From Myxococcales bacterium (lineage in GTDB: Bacteria > Myxococcota_A > Bradymonadia > REDH01), in the NCBI GenBank assembly GCA_947496715.1, contig CANMDT010000006.1:1121-65120 (forward strand): a stretch of DNA of 64,000 bases, written 5' to 3'. The position numbers were made by a program, and so were the translations under genes. The notes under the pieces were generated by a model. The model was not told the DNA's origin, searched no databases, and worked only from the letters and a program-made list of their open reading frames with translations. Of this stretch, positions 1 to 9,268 are shown piece by piece. Each line of letters begins with the position of its first letter. The first letter of the stretch is position 1.

Positions 1-3000
1 CGTCGTAGTAACCGATCTGGCCATCCTCGTTCTCCTTGAACTGCGCGAAGCTGTAGCGGGCGCCGTCCGAGAGGGTCACGTTGGTGTAGTCGTCGCCGTA
101 GTAGCCCTTCTGGGCGGCTTCGGAGGTCGAGGGCAGGCGGTAGTCATACTCGTAGGAGAGGTTGACGAGCTGGCCGGTGACGTTGTCCGTCGCGTAGGTA
201 CCGGGGCTGGGGATGGTGATGGCCTCAGCAATGAAGTTGATGGCTTCCTGCGCCGCGATCGAGGCCATGAGGCCGCCGTGCTCGGTGTTGTACCACTCGA
301 CGCCACGACCCGAGGCCTTGAGGAGCCAGAACTGGTAGGCGTTCAGCGCGGGCGTGAAGAAGCTGCTCATCGAGCCGGCGAAGACCGGGTAGATCGAGAT
401 GGCGAAGCCAGGACGCTCGCGACGGAACATCGAGTAGACGTAGCGAGACTCGTACATCTCCTTGAGGTTGACGAAGTTCTCGTACTCGTCGGCGCCGGAG
501 TCGAAGACGCGGCAGTCGCTGGCCGAGCCGTTGTACTCATCCGAGCAGAAGCCGTAGGGGACCTTGACCTCGCCGGCGCCGAGCTGGTCGGCGAACCGCA
601 TGCTGCGGTTGTACATGGGGGTCATGCCCTTGAGGTGCGCAAGGCCGGCCTTGATCTCGGGAGCGTAGGCGAAGGCCACGTTCGAGTTCGGGTCAATCGC
701 GGTGGCGTCGGTGTTGTAGAACATGACGGGCAGGGTGCTGTAGTGCCAGTAGGTCCATTGGTTATCGCGGATCCGGTCGCCCTCGGGGTCGGTGTCGGTC
801 GCGCCAGCAGCGGTGTAGGTGTAGTCGTCCACGTCGAGCATGGTGGTGACCTTGTTGGGCGACCGCGAGACGATGCTGCTGTCGAAGGAGCCGGTAACGG
901 GGTCGAAGCTGGCGCGGACCTTGAGCTTGCTGGGGGCCTCGTTGAAGACCTCAACCATGTTCACGTAAGAGAAGGCGATAGCGGCGTAGTCGTACATGCC
1001 GAGGCCCGAGATGTCGGAGTTGGGCTTGCGGGCGTACTCCATCGTCGAGGTGTACTGGTACTCGGTGATGCTGTTGTCGAACTCGGTGCCGTCGGCAAGA
1101 CGACCCTCGCGGAGCTGCTGAAGCAGCGCGGGGCTCTGGGCCAGACGGTCGGCTTCGCTGCCGCCGCAAGAGGCGGGGGCCACGTCACCGGTGGCGTAGC
1201 CGTCAACCTTGAAGGTCTTGTAGCCCGCGTCGTCGCAGTCCTCGTTGAAGGTCTCGTGACGAAGCGCCCAGTACTGCGGGAAGTAGTTCATCGCGTCGGA
1301 CGAGGCGCGGAACTGGTGGCGCATGCCAACCGTGTGTCCGATTTCGTGCTCGAGCGTCGCGCGGTGCATGATGCCACGGACCCACTGCCAGAGCTCGAGG
1401 CGGAGCGCCTCCCTGTCGTTGATGAGTTCAGGGTGCCGCTCAAGGAGCCCGGCGCGGTACTTGGCAAGCTGGTAGGCAAGGCCCACCATGTCCGAGTCCC
1501 AAGCGCCGTCCATGAAGCAGAAGCTCTTCATGCCGAACTGACGCTGACGCTCGTTGATGCGGCGGCTAACCGCCTTGAGCGTGCCGAAGTCGATGGGCGA
1601 TTCGAAGCTCGACGCCATCGTCTGCTCGTCGTCGGTCAGCTCCTTGCCTGCCTGGCGGGCGATCTCGGCGGCGGGGAAGATCTGCTTGAAGTCGGCGAGC
1701 TTGGCACGCTGCTCCACAGACGACCCGCGGAAGACCTCGAGGGGCTCGCTCTGCATCGCGGTCTTTGCCCGGAAGAACTCGGGCTTCTGCTTGAGGATGG
1801 TCTTGACGCGGGGACGGTTCAGCACCTCGAGGTTGGTGCGCTTGGCCCGCTCGAAGTTCTTGAGGTTCTTGTTGATCTCGCCCTTGAGGTAGTTGAAGTA
1901 CTTGGCCTGCCCCTCGTTCTTGAGGTTGCCGAAGTAGGCATCCGCCGGGAACTGGGCGCGGAGGCTCTCGAAGTACTCCTTCGTCGGCTTCGCGAAGCCC
2001 ACATCCTCAGGCTCGAGCTCGCCGAGCAGGATCTGGAGGAGCTCGTAGACCCGGTTTGCAGACTCGTCGTAGTTCGCGCCGTTCATGTTGGCGTTGCCGC
2101 TCACGATCTGGGCGGTGATGGGGTCTGCGGCGCTCGGGCCGTAGCCGCCCCAGGGCAGCGTGGTCTGGTTGTTGACCCAGTTGATGTAGCTGTAGCGAAG
2201 GTCGCCCAGGAGCTTCTCCTTGCCAACCTGCTTGCAGATTCCCTTTGCATAGCCCTCGGCCGAGGCCTCAGCAGCGGCCTGCAGAAGGTCGGCGGCTGCG
2301 GGGTCCTTGAACTCAGCCTTCCAACCATCGATCGTGGGCTGGAAGTCGGCGATGTTGTCGAAGCCGGGGTTGAAGCAGAGGTAGAACATGCGGCCGACCT
2401 GCTCCGGGGTCTTGCCCTGGGCGGCGGCCACCGCACGCGCGAAGACCGCGCTCCACTGCTCCGTTGCGCGGAAGGTGTCGTCGATCAGCGGGACCGGCAA
2501 CTCCGTGTTGAGGTAGAAGGCCAGCGGCTTGGCGGTGCGCTCAGCAATCGGCTTCACAGAGCCGTCTTCGTTGCGGTAGTTCTGGAAGATTTTCCAGTTG
2601 TTGGCGAGCAGCACCTTCGACGAGTCGCGGCAGCCGTAGAAGCGATCGTAGACGCAGCGCTCGGTCCGGAAGAAGCCGAACTTGAGCATGTCGTACTCGT
2701 CGTACTGACGTGCGATGTAATCGTCGGTCGGGTCAATCTTGCGGAACGACGAACGGACCTCGATGGTCTCGGGGCCGCAGTCGGCGCCGTTGTTCGGGTA
2801 ACCGAAGTCAGTGATGCACTCGATCCAGGGCGAGGCGCTCACGTAGGTGGTCACAACGTCGAAGTAGATGACCTCGCTGTTCTCCGTCGTGCAATCGACA
2901 GACTTGCCATCCTTGTCGGAGCACTCGGTCCGGAAGGTGATCTCCTTGCCGGAGTCCTGGGGGGTGACGGCGACTTGGCCCATCATCTCGATGCTCGGGA

Positions 3001-3508
3001 ATGGGTCAGACTCGGAGGAGATCTGGTTGTTGGTCCAGTCAACCCGGAGGTACTCACGCTCATACCAGGGACGGTCCGAACCGTTCTCCGAGATGGTGTT
3101 GGTACGCTCGCCGGTGGCGGCGCTGTAGTCACGCTGCACGTCGAAGTACTGGCTGACACGGAAACTCACAATCGGCTGGCCGTACTCGGGCGTGAAGCCC
3201 TGAACGCCCTGCTGGCTGGTCGAGATACCGATGACATCTTCATGGGTCCGGCGACCGATGAGGCTGTCTTCGGTGAACTCGAACTTGAGCTTCTCCATGT
3301 TGCCTTCAAGGCCCTGGAACATGGTGTAAGCGGTCGAGTTGGCATCAACCACCGTCTGGCGGAAGTACCACTCGCCCTCGAACATCTTCTTCGCAATCTT
3401 GTTGGGCTGCGTCCGGTCGATGTCGCCGGGGACCTCAGCACATCCGGCGAGGTAGGCAACGCCCACAAGCACCAAGCTCATTGTAGTCATCCGATTTCGA
3501 CGCGACAT
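1..3508 (-). CDS. Large secreted lipoprotein metzincin-type zinc metallopeptidase. The C-terminus runs off the window start.
   Basis: Minus-strand ATG at 3508 is preceded by AAGGAG. N-terminus MSRRNRMTTMSLVLVGVAYLAGC carries a lipobox. The frame stays open to base 1. The motif HEIGHTVGMRH (HExxHxxGxxH) lies near 1330-1370. The listed + ORF 278..3589 is its antisense shadow. Confidence 0.7.
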   Translation of the reverse strand, partial: MSRRNRMTTMSLVLVGVAYLAGCAEVPGDIDRTQPNKIAKKMFEGEWYFRQTVVDANSTAYTMFQGLEGNMEKLKFEFTEDSLIGRRTHEDVIGISTSQQGVQGFTPEYGQPIVSFRVSQYFDVQRDYSAATGERTNTISENGSDRPWYEREYLRVDWTNNQISSESDPFPSIEMMGQVAVTPQDSGKEITFRTECSDKDGKSVDCTTENSEVIYFDVVTTYVSASPWIECITDFGYPNNGADCGPETIEVRSSFRKIDPTDDYIARQYDEYDMLKFGFFRTERCVYDRFYGCRDSSKVLLANNWKIFQNYRNEDGSVKPIAERTAKPLAFYLNTELPVPLIDDTFRATEQWSAVFARAVAAAQGKTPEQVGRMFYLCFNPGFDNIADFQPTIDGWKAEFKDPAAADLLQAAAEASAEGYAKGICKQVGKEKLLGDLRYSYINWVNNQTTLPWGGYGPSAADPITAQIVSGNANMNGANYDESANRVYELLQILLGELEPEDVGFAKPTKEYFESLRAQFPADAYFGNLKNEGQAKYFNYLKGEINKNLKNFERAKRTNLEVLNRPRVKTILKQKPEFFRAKTAMQSEPLEVFRGSSVEQRAKLADFKQIFPAAEIARQAGKELTDDEQTMASSFESPIDFGTLKAVSRRINERQRQFGMKSFCFMDGAWDSDMVGLAYQLAKYRAGLLERHPELINDREALRLELWQWVRGIMHRATLEHEIGHTVGMRHQFRASSDAMNYFPQYWALRHETFNEDCDDAGYKTFKVDGYATGDVAPASCGGSEADRLAQSPALLQQLREGRLADGTEFDNSITEYQYTSTMEYARKPNSDISGLGMYDYAAIAFSYVNMVEVFNEAPSKLKVRASFDPVTGSFDSSIVSRSPNKVTTMLDVDDYTYTAAGATDTDPEGDRIRDNQWTYWHYSTLPVMFYNTDATAIDPNSNVAFAYAPEIKAGLAHLKGMTPMYNRSMRFADQLGAGEVKVPYGFCSDEYNGSASDCRVFDSGADEYENFVNLKEMYESRYVYSMFRRERPGFAISIYPVFAGSMSSFFTPALNAYQFWLLKASGRGVEWYNTEHGGLMASIAAQEAINFIAEAITIPSPGTYATDNVTGQLVNLSYEYDYRLPSTSEAAQKGYYGDDYTNVTLSDGARYSFAQFKENEDGQIGYYD

Positions 3509-3585
3509 GCTCTACTCCTTTCAAGGTGGCGTCAGGCGCCACGCAGACTGTTTGAATTGTTCAGAAACGTTGGCTTAACAGGGTT

Positions 3586-4914
3586 CTAGTAGGAGGCGCG
3601 GACCGACAGTCCCACCGAGGTGTACCGAAGGTTGCCTGACTCAAGATCAAAGAAGGGGAAGGGCGTGCTCTTGTGGTCACGCGTCGTGGTCGCATTCCGC
3701 GTAGTCATGGAGGCCGACAAACCAAAGACCTCGTTGATCCGGTAGGAGGCGTTGAAGCCGCCCGACATCGACTGGCCCTGTCGCGTTCCTGCGATGGAGT
3801 AGGGCGAGTTGCGCACGCTCTTGTCTGTCAGCGAGGCCACATCGTAGGCGTAGCTGTCGGCGATGCCGAAGCTCATGCCGGTCGAGACGCCCGACTTGCC
3901 CCACTTGTAGCGCAGCGAGAAGTCGTTGCTCACGCTGTAGGAGGCGAAGATGCCGGAGTCCAAGAAGACCGCCGTCTCTGCCGTCTTGTAGTTCTTGGTC
4001 GTGTCGGTGATGGTGCTGACCAACGACTGCTCCCGCGACTCGGGGGAGGGCTGAAAGACGTCGCCGCCGATGTCGTCCGGGTTGTCCACGATGAGCGATG
4101 CGTCGCGGTAGAAATTCTTCGCGTAGCCGAGCGAGTAGCTGACGCTGAGGTCGGAGTAGGACCAGCTCAGGTCTGAGCCCACGCTGAGGTCGCCGTAGCG
4201 GTGCTGGAAGAGGTCGTCGGGCGTGAGGCCGGCCGACGCGCCGCCGCTGAAGCTGACGCTCGCGCCGCTGTCGCCAAGCTCGAAGCCGCTGTAGGAGAGG
4301 CCCAGGCTCGGGCTCGAGAAGCAGACCGTTCGAAGCTGATTGCCGTAGCAGCCGCCTGAATACTTCGACAGGTAGGTGGTCATGCCGGCGTCGAGGCTCA
4401 CGCCAATCTCATCGTTCACGCTGTAGCTTGCGCTCAGCGAGTAGGTGTTGGTCACGACACCGCTCGAAATGTACTCCGGGCGGAAGATGGTGCCGAGCGA
4501 GCTGCGGACGCCGACCGAAACCGTGATGTCGATGGGGAGGAGCTTTTCGGCTGCGGCAACATCGGCTGTGCTGATGGTCGCACCGGTCGCGGCACTCGCC
4601 AGCGTTGCCGTTGCGGCATTCACGACGGGCGCAATCTCTGCAGCCGGCGCGGGTGCAACCTCGGGCGCAGCGAGGGGCGTCGCTTCGGCGCCGGAACCCT
4701 CGGCGGCGGCAGGTTCGGCCGGCTCAGGCTGGCCAGAACCCTCTACGGCGGCAGGTTCGGTCGGCTCAGGCTGGCCGGAACCCTCGACGGCGGCAGGTTC
4801 GGACGGCTCAATCTGGCCGGAACCCTCGGGTACGAACTCGTCCGCTGCGACGAGTGCCGGGGCGAGGAGAGTGAGGGCAAATGCTACACGACGAAAGTAG
4901 GCCACGAAGCCTCC
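3586..4914 (-). CDS. Outer-membrane beta-barrel-like protein with an N-terminal E/P/A-rich tandem repeat region
   Basis: AGGAGG precedes a GTG start at 4914. A signal peptide VAYFRRVAFALTLLAPALVAADE follows. The protein has three copies of an EPAAVEGSGQPEPT repeat. The C-terminal half is Ser/Tyr/Gly-rich with alternating residues and ends ...RASY (terminal aromatic). Confidence 0.55.
   Translation of the reverse strand, partial: GGFVAYFRRVAFALTLLAPALVAADEFVPEGSGQIEPSEPAAVEGSGQPEPTEPAAVEGSGQPEPAEPAAAEGSGAEATPLAAPEVAPAPAAEIAPVVNAATATLASAATGATISTADVAAAEKLLPIDITVSVGVRSSLGTIFRPEYISSGVVTNTYSLSASYSVNDEIGVSLDAGMTTYLSKYSGGCYGNQLRTVCFSSPSLGLSYSGFELGDSGASVSFSGGASAGLTPDDLFQHRYGDLSVGSDLSWSYSDLSVSYSLGYAKNFYRDASLIVDNPDDIGGDVFQPSPESREQSLVSTITDTTKNYKTAETAVFLDSGIFASYSVSNDFSLRYKWGKSGVSTGMSFGIADSYAYDVASLTDKSVRNSPYSIAGTRQGQSMSGGFNASYRINEVFGLSASMTTRNATTTRDHKSTPFPFFDLESGNLRYTSVGLSVRASY
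4692..4842. repeat. About 3.5 copies of a 42-bp in-frame tandem repeat inside the OMP gene
   Basis: Units ggctcaggctggccRgaaccctcKacggcggcaggttcggNc at 4721-4762 and 4763-4804, with degenerate flanking copies. Confidence 0.7.
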
Positions 4915-5152
4915 TAGAAAATCTTGCTGCGATGTCGCGTTCCAGATGGCGCAGAGGCCACGGTCGGGTTGGAGAAGAGGCGTTCTGGTTGCGGGGCGGG
5001 GGCTGCAGTTCCTCCATCTCGCCGACACTCTCTCGCCACGGACCGCGGACTGAGCGAAGTTTTCGGCTAGCCTCCTCTCTACCGACCGTCAACGGAACTT
5101 TGCGTTGAATAGGTTTGGCCGCCAGCATGGGACGGAGGAGGTCGCCGCAGGC

Positions 5153-5593
5153 TTAGCCAGGGAGGTGAATCTTCGGCTTCTCGGGGTGCTTCTGGTAGAA
5201 GATGATCGTCCGGCCAACCCAAGCGATCGCATCCGCCTTCGTCTTCTCGTGTACCCAGAGGGCGAAGGCCTCGCGGCTCACAGGAGCAGCGTCGAGAAGC
5301 TTCACCTTGATCAGTTCGTGGTCGAGCAGGCCTCTGCGAATCGCAGCGATCAGACCATCGCTCAGTCCGCCACGACCGACCATCACGATGGGCTTCACCT
5401 CATGTGCGAGTCGCCGGAGCTTCTCTCGGTGCAGGGAGGTCCGCTTCGGGCTGAGCTTGAGAATGAGTGCGCCGCGGGCCAGGCCGACGACGGCCGCTTC
5501 GAGCCTATCCACCTCAGGATCTGGGAGCGGGGCGAGGGCTTCTGGCGTCGCCTCGTCTGCGTCGGAGGAGGTCTCTTCGGGGCGTTCGGACAT
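5153..5593 (-). CDS. yhbY: RNA-binding protein YhbY (CRS1/CRM domain) with an acidic N-terminal extension
   Basis: Core LHREKLRRLAHEVKPIVMVGRGGLSDGLIAAIRRGLLDHELIKVKLL matches the YhbY family signature (HELIKVK). Confidence 0.8.
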   Translation of the reverse strand: MSERPEETSSDADEATPEALAPLPDPEVDRLEAAVVGLARGALILKLSPKRTSLHREKLRRLAHEVKPIVMVGRGGLSDGLIAAIRRGLLDHELIKVKLLDAAPVSREAFALWVHEKTKADAIAWVGRTIIFYQKHPEKPKIHLPG

Positions 5594-5845
5594 GCAGTTT
5601 GCTCAGGCTGAGGACGGCCGCGACGGTGGCGCGCGGGGGCCGACTGGTAGTGTGTTGAGGTCAGCCGCACAAGCAGGGGCGAAGGTTGCGAATGGGAGAT
5701 GTCTGGGTCTGGCGGCGCGGAGCGACGAACTTTTGGGGTCTGGCGCACCCATTGCGCTGTAGAAACATCTATTTTCGTGGCAACTCGCGCATCAGTCGTC
5801 TAGGGCGGGCGCCGTCCCAGAGCGGGTCACAAGGAGGCTTGGTCG

Positions 5846-7291
5846 TTGATTCTCGAAAACCTCCAGAAAATCCGTAGCGTTGGTCGCGACGAACTTGGCG
5901 AAGTGCACGTCTGCGAACACCCAGGTTTTGCTGGCCAGATCGCCCTCAAAGAGTTCGACGCATGGACCCTTGCTGACGAGGCGGGGCGAGAGAAGTACCG
6001 GGAAGCGGTCGGACGACTCATCGCCTCTCCTTCCTCTAGGTCCCCCCGATTGCTGGCATTGGAAATGGAGGAACAGCGGGCGCGGCAGGCTACCGATTGG
6101 GTCGATGGCGCCTCGCTCACCTCCATCGTGAGCGTCAAGAAGGGGCTCTCCGGCGACCAGGCCAGCGAGATCTGTCTCGGCATCCTCGTTGCGCTGGAAG
6201 ATCTCCACGCGAAGGTCGGCGCCCACGGAGCGCTCACACCGAACAAGGTGCTGCTCACGCAGGGTTTGAACGCAGACGGCGTCATGGTCACCGACCCCTG
6301 CCAGCACCTCCTCTACAGTGTCTCCGACCCGCTCAAGGTCGTTACCGAGTCGCCTGAGCGGTTCGTCGGACAGCCGGCCTTCCTCTCGCCGGAACAGGTG
6401 GAGGGCCAGCCCCCGACCGTCGCCTCCGACATCTACGTCGTCGGCCTCATCCTCTACTACATGGTTACCGGCGTGAGCCCCTTCGCGTCCAGCTCTGCGA
6501 CCCGCACGCTCCGACGCCAGATGGCGGAGCAGCCGCTGCCCGTTGCGCTCGCCAAAGCCTCCGTCAAACTGAGCCCGGCCATCGAGAACGCCATCACGAC
6601 GGCGCTCCAGAAGGACCCTTCGCAGCGGTTCTCCTCCGTTGCTGCCTTCCGTGCGGCGCTCTCCGACGAGCACACGGTCTCGGACGCCGGCGCGCGGACC
6701 TCCAGCGGTGTCGGCATCGAAGCGATCAGCGGCTCGTTCTTGGCAGCGCTTGAGTCGAGCATCGCGCCCGCCGCGCCCTCCGTCCGGCAGACGGGCCAGA
6801 TGGCTGCCATCTCGAAGAAGCGGAAGACGCAGACTGCCGCCCCCTCGGTGATTGTGAACCTTGACGACGCGCCGCCCTCTGCCCTTGGTCCAAATCGGAC
6901 GGCTTCGCCCGTCATCGACGACACCGATCCGCGCTCCCCGGTCGCACCCGTAACGCCATCGTCGCTTCCCGCCGACCCTGCCGGCGAGGCGGCTGCTCCC
7001 CCGGACGCGCGGCCCTTTGTCTCGAAGATGACCCCGCCGCCTGTGGCGGATGAGGCTGAACCGCCGGCCCGCTTCGGCAGTGTCTCCTCTACCTGGCGCA
7101 ACGACTCCGGCGGCGACTGGTTCGATGTCGGCGAAGACCCATCGAGCTTTACAGACCATCTCGCCGAGCGTGAGGCCCAAGGTCACCAAGCCGGCGCAGG
7201 GATTCCGTCGGGAGCGAAGGTCGTGATCGGCGTTGTGCTCCTGGCGGCACTCGGATTGCTGCTGCTCTTGCTCGCAAGCAGCGCCGGCTAG
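5846..7291 (+). CDS. Ser/Thr protein kinase-like protein, probably a pseudokinase. Kinase fold at the N-terminus, P/A/S-rich linker, C-terminal transmembrane helix.
   Basis: TTG start with AAGGAGG 8 nt upstream. G-loop-like VGRDELGEVHV, an ALK lysine, SPE (for APE) and DIYVVGLILYYMVTG are present. The catalytic loop reads HGALTPNKVLL instead of HRDLKPxN, so the catalytic Asp is missing, and DFG is replaced by DPC. C-terminal VVIGVVLLAALGLLLLLLA is a transmembrane helix. Confidence 0.65.
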   Translation: MILENLQKIRSVGRDELGEVHVCEHPGFAGQIALKEFDAWTLADEAGREKYREAVGRLIASPSSRSPRLLALEMEEQRARQATDWVDGASLTSIVSVKKGLSGDQASEICLGILVALEDLHAKVGAHGALTPNKVLLTQGLNADGVMVTDPCQHLLYSVSDPLKVVTESPERFVGQPAFLSPEQVEGQPPTVASDIYVVGLILYYMVTGVSPFASSSATRTLRRQMAEQPLPVALAKASVKLSPAIENAITTALQKDPSQRFSSVAAFRAALSDEHTVSDAGARTSSGVGIEAISGSFLAALESSIAPAAPSVRQTGQMAAISKKRKTQTAAPSVIVNLDDAPPSALGPNRTASPVIDDTDPRSPVAPVTPSSLPADPAGEAAAPPDARPFVSKMTPPPVADEAEPPARFGSVSSTWRNDSGGDWFDVGEDPSSFTDHLAEREAQGHQAGAGIPSGAKVVIGVVLLAALGLLLLLLASSAG

Positions 7292-8214
7292 TTGTTCGGC
7301 GCGCCCACGGGCTGGTAGAGCAGCTCTTCGTTGATGTGGGGTCCGTGCATCGTCGGGTCCTTCGCGATGGAGACACGATCGCGCACAGGGCGGGCGCGGT
7401 ACTTGGACTTCTTCGACTTGGAGACATCGACCCAGAGGTAGGTCGACTCTCTGGCGTCGAGGTGGACGAAGCCGCTGTGGGGATAGACGCCGACGCCCAC
7501 GCGGGCGAAGGTTGCCTCTGCAAAGGCGGTAATCTCCTGCAGCGACACGCCCGGCATGTTGAAGTCACAGGCCCGAGCCTGACCATGCCGCGACCCCTCG
7601 GTGGCATTGAGGAAGCGGGTGCGGTAGCCGCTCACCACACGCAGTTCTGCATCGAAGTGCTGGCCCACGAGATAGAGCATGGCGAGGAGCCGGGTGTCGA
7701 TGGAGCGGGTGCTCCGGGCGCGCTGGTCGCGGAGCAGATAGGAGGCCTGGCGGACAGCCTCTTGCGTCATGCGGCCTGCGCGGTCGTAGAGTTGGATGCG
7801 GGCCCGCTCGCGGGTGTTGACCGAATAGAGGCGGAGTTCACCGGGCTTTACCTGTGTCCGGTTCTCGGCCGCCAGCCGGCGCTGGATGCTTACAGGCCGC
7901 GCGTCTGCCTCTGGTGCGACCTCAAGCCGTGCGAGGTTGAGGGCCTCATCGACGATGAGCCAGGCACCGGTGAGAGCGTCGGTCCGCGGTCCGCCGGAGC
8001 GCATCGCCGGCAGCGAATCTTCGGGGTTGGTGATGCCCGTAGCGGAGCGATCAAGCGCGGCATGGAGGCAGCTGATGGCGTCGCTGCAGGTGGCCTGGGC
8101 TGGGGGCAGCAGGTCGTCGATGTTGCCCGAAAGCGGCGCCGCGGCGACAGGTCTGGCGAGGAGTGTAACGGCGAGCAGCAGCGTCGCGACTGGCTGGACG
8201 AGTGGGGCCATCAT
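7288..8214 (-). CDS. Secreted DUF882/YcbK-family protein (peptidase M15-like)
   Basis: Signal peptide present. Motifs RLYSVNTRE, SGYRT, SRHGQARACDF and VGVGVYPHSGFVHLD are typical of DUF882. Confidence 0.75.
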   Translation of the reverse strand: MMAPLVQPVATLLLAVTLLARPVAAAPLSGNIDDLLPPAQATCSDAISCLHAALDRSATGITNPEDSLPAMRSGGPRTDALTGAWLIVDEALNLARLEVAPEADARPVSIQRRLAAENRTQVKPGELRLYSVNTRERARIQLYDRAGRMTQEAVRQASYLLRDQRARSTRSIDTRLLAMLYLVGQHFDAELRVVSGYRTRFLNATEGSRHGQARACDFNMPGVSLQEITAFAEATFARVGVGVYPHSGFVHLDARESTYLWVDVSKSKKSKYRARPVRDRVSIAKDPTMHGPHINEELLYQPVGAPNN

Positions 8215-9080
8215 GCGTTGCGAGAGGCCGGGTGGAGGCGCGCGAAGAGCAGCGCTGCGAGCTCGCGGTAACTCTTCGCGCCGCGCGAGTTCTTGTCATA
8301 CGAAAAGATGTCGAGCCCGACCGACTGTGCCTTGGCGAGGCTCGTCGTGACGCCGATGCGCACCGGTAGGATCGCCTCTGCAAACTGAGCCGAAAGTTCG
8401 GCCAGCACGGTGTCGTTGAGCGAGCCATTCCGGGTGTCGACGCGGGTGAGCACGATGCCGGCGAGGTCGAGCGACGGGTTGAGCCGAGTGCCGATGGTGG
8501 AGAGGGTCCGGATGAGCGACTCGACGCCGCGCACGGCGAGGGGCGAGAGATCGCAGGGAACGAGCACGAGGTCGGCTGCGGTCAGCGCAGCCACAGAGAG
8601 GTTGCCGAGGTTGGGCGGGCAGTCGATGAGGATGAGGTCGTAGTGGGTGCGTGCGACGCGCAGAGCGTCACGAAGCAGCATCTCCTTCCCGATGCGCGAA
8701 CCGATGATGGATTCGGTCTCGGCGAGCCGGGTATCAGCGGAGGTGATGTCGAGGCCGGGCAGCCGAGTCGGGACGACGATATCGAGCAGGTCGGCATCTC
8801 CGCGCTCGTCGAGGAGGACGGTAGAGATGGCGCCGCCGCCCGGCTGCAGCAGTGCGCTGAGCGCGGCCCGGACATGACCCTGCGGATCGAGGTCGAGCAG
8901 GAGGACCTTGCGCTTGTGCACCGTGGCGAAGGCCGCAGCGAGGTTGACGGCGGAGGTCGTCTTGCCGACGCCGCCCTTCTGTGAGGCGATGGCGATGACC
9001 GTCGCGTGGCGGTTTCCGTTGGCGTGCCTTGCGGGACGCTCCATAACGCGACGGAGGCCGTCACGAAGCAGACTGCGCAT
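8211..9080 (-). CDS. ParA/MinD-family ATPase (orphan ParA-like)
   Basis: Deviant Walker A KGGVGKTT, LLLDLDPQG and DLILIDCPP. A GGAGAGG Shine-Dalgarno sequence precedes the ATG. The stop overlaps the start of the DUF882 gene (ATGA). Confidence 0.8.
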   Translation of the reverse strand: MRSLLRDGLRRVMERPARHANGNRHATVIAIASQKGGVGKTTSAVNLAAAFATVHKRKVLLLDLDPQGHVRAALSALLQPGGGAISTVLLDERGDADLLDIVVPTRLPGLDITSADTRLAETESIIGSRIGKEMLLRDALRVARTHYDLILIDCPPNLGNLSVAALTAADLVLVPCDLSPLAVRGVESLIRTLSTIGTRLNPSLDLAGIVLTRVDTRNGSLNDTVLAELSAQFAEAILPVRIGVTTSLAKAQSVGLDIFSYDKNSRGAKSYRELAALLFARLHPASRNA

Positions 9081-9268
9081 CTGGGTTCCTCTCCGAAAGA
9101 TGGTGCCAACTGTGAGGGATTGCGGCGGGTGTCAAGCAGCAAGTGCCTTGGCAGCCCGTGAGCAGGTTCGCAGAGTTCGGGTTGCAGTTGCGTGGCAGAC
9201 AGGTAGAATGCGCGTTTGAAAGGTGAAGATTCTTGGAGAACGTAGGTTCTCCTGTTGCGAGGCAGGCG

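Noticed and set aside
278-3589. 1103-aa + strand ORF
   Set aside because: Low-complexity G/V/A/R-rich translation. It is the antisense frame of the minus-strand metzincin lipoprotein gene, which has clear signal-peptide, lipobox and HExxH motifs.
5792-7189. 465-aa minus-strand ORF
   Set aside because: Arg/Gly-rich antisense shadow of the pseudokinase gene.
7245-7291. Pseudokinase C-terminal hydrophobic tail as a MYXO-CTERM signal
   Set aside because: It lacks the Gly-Cys and the Arg-cluster. It is more simply a C-terminal transmembrane anchor.
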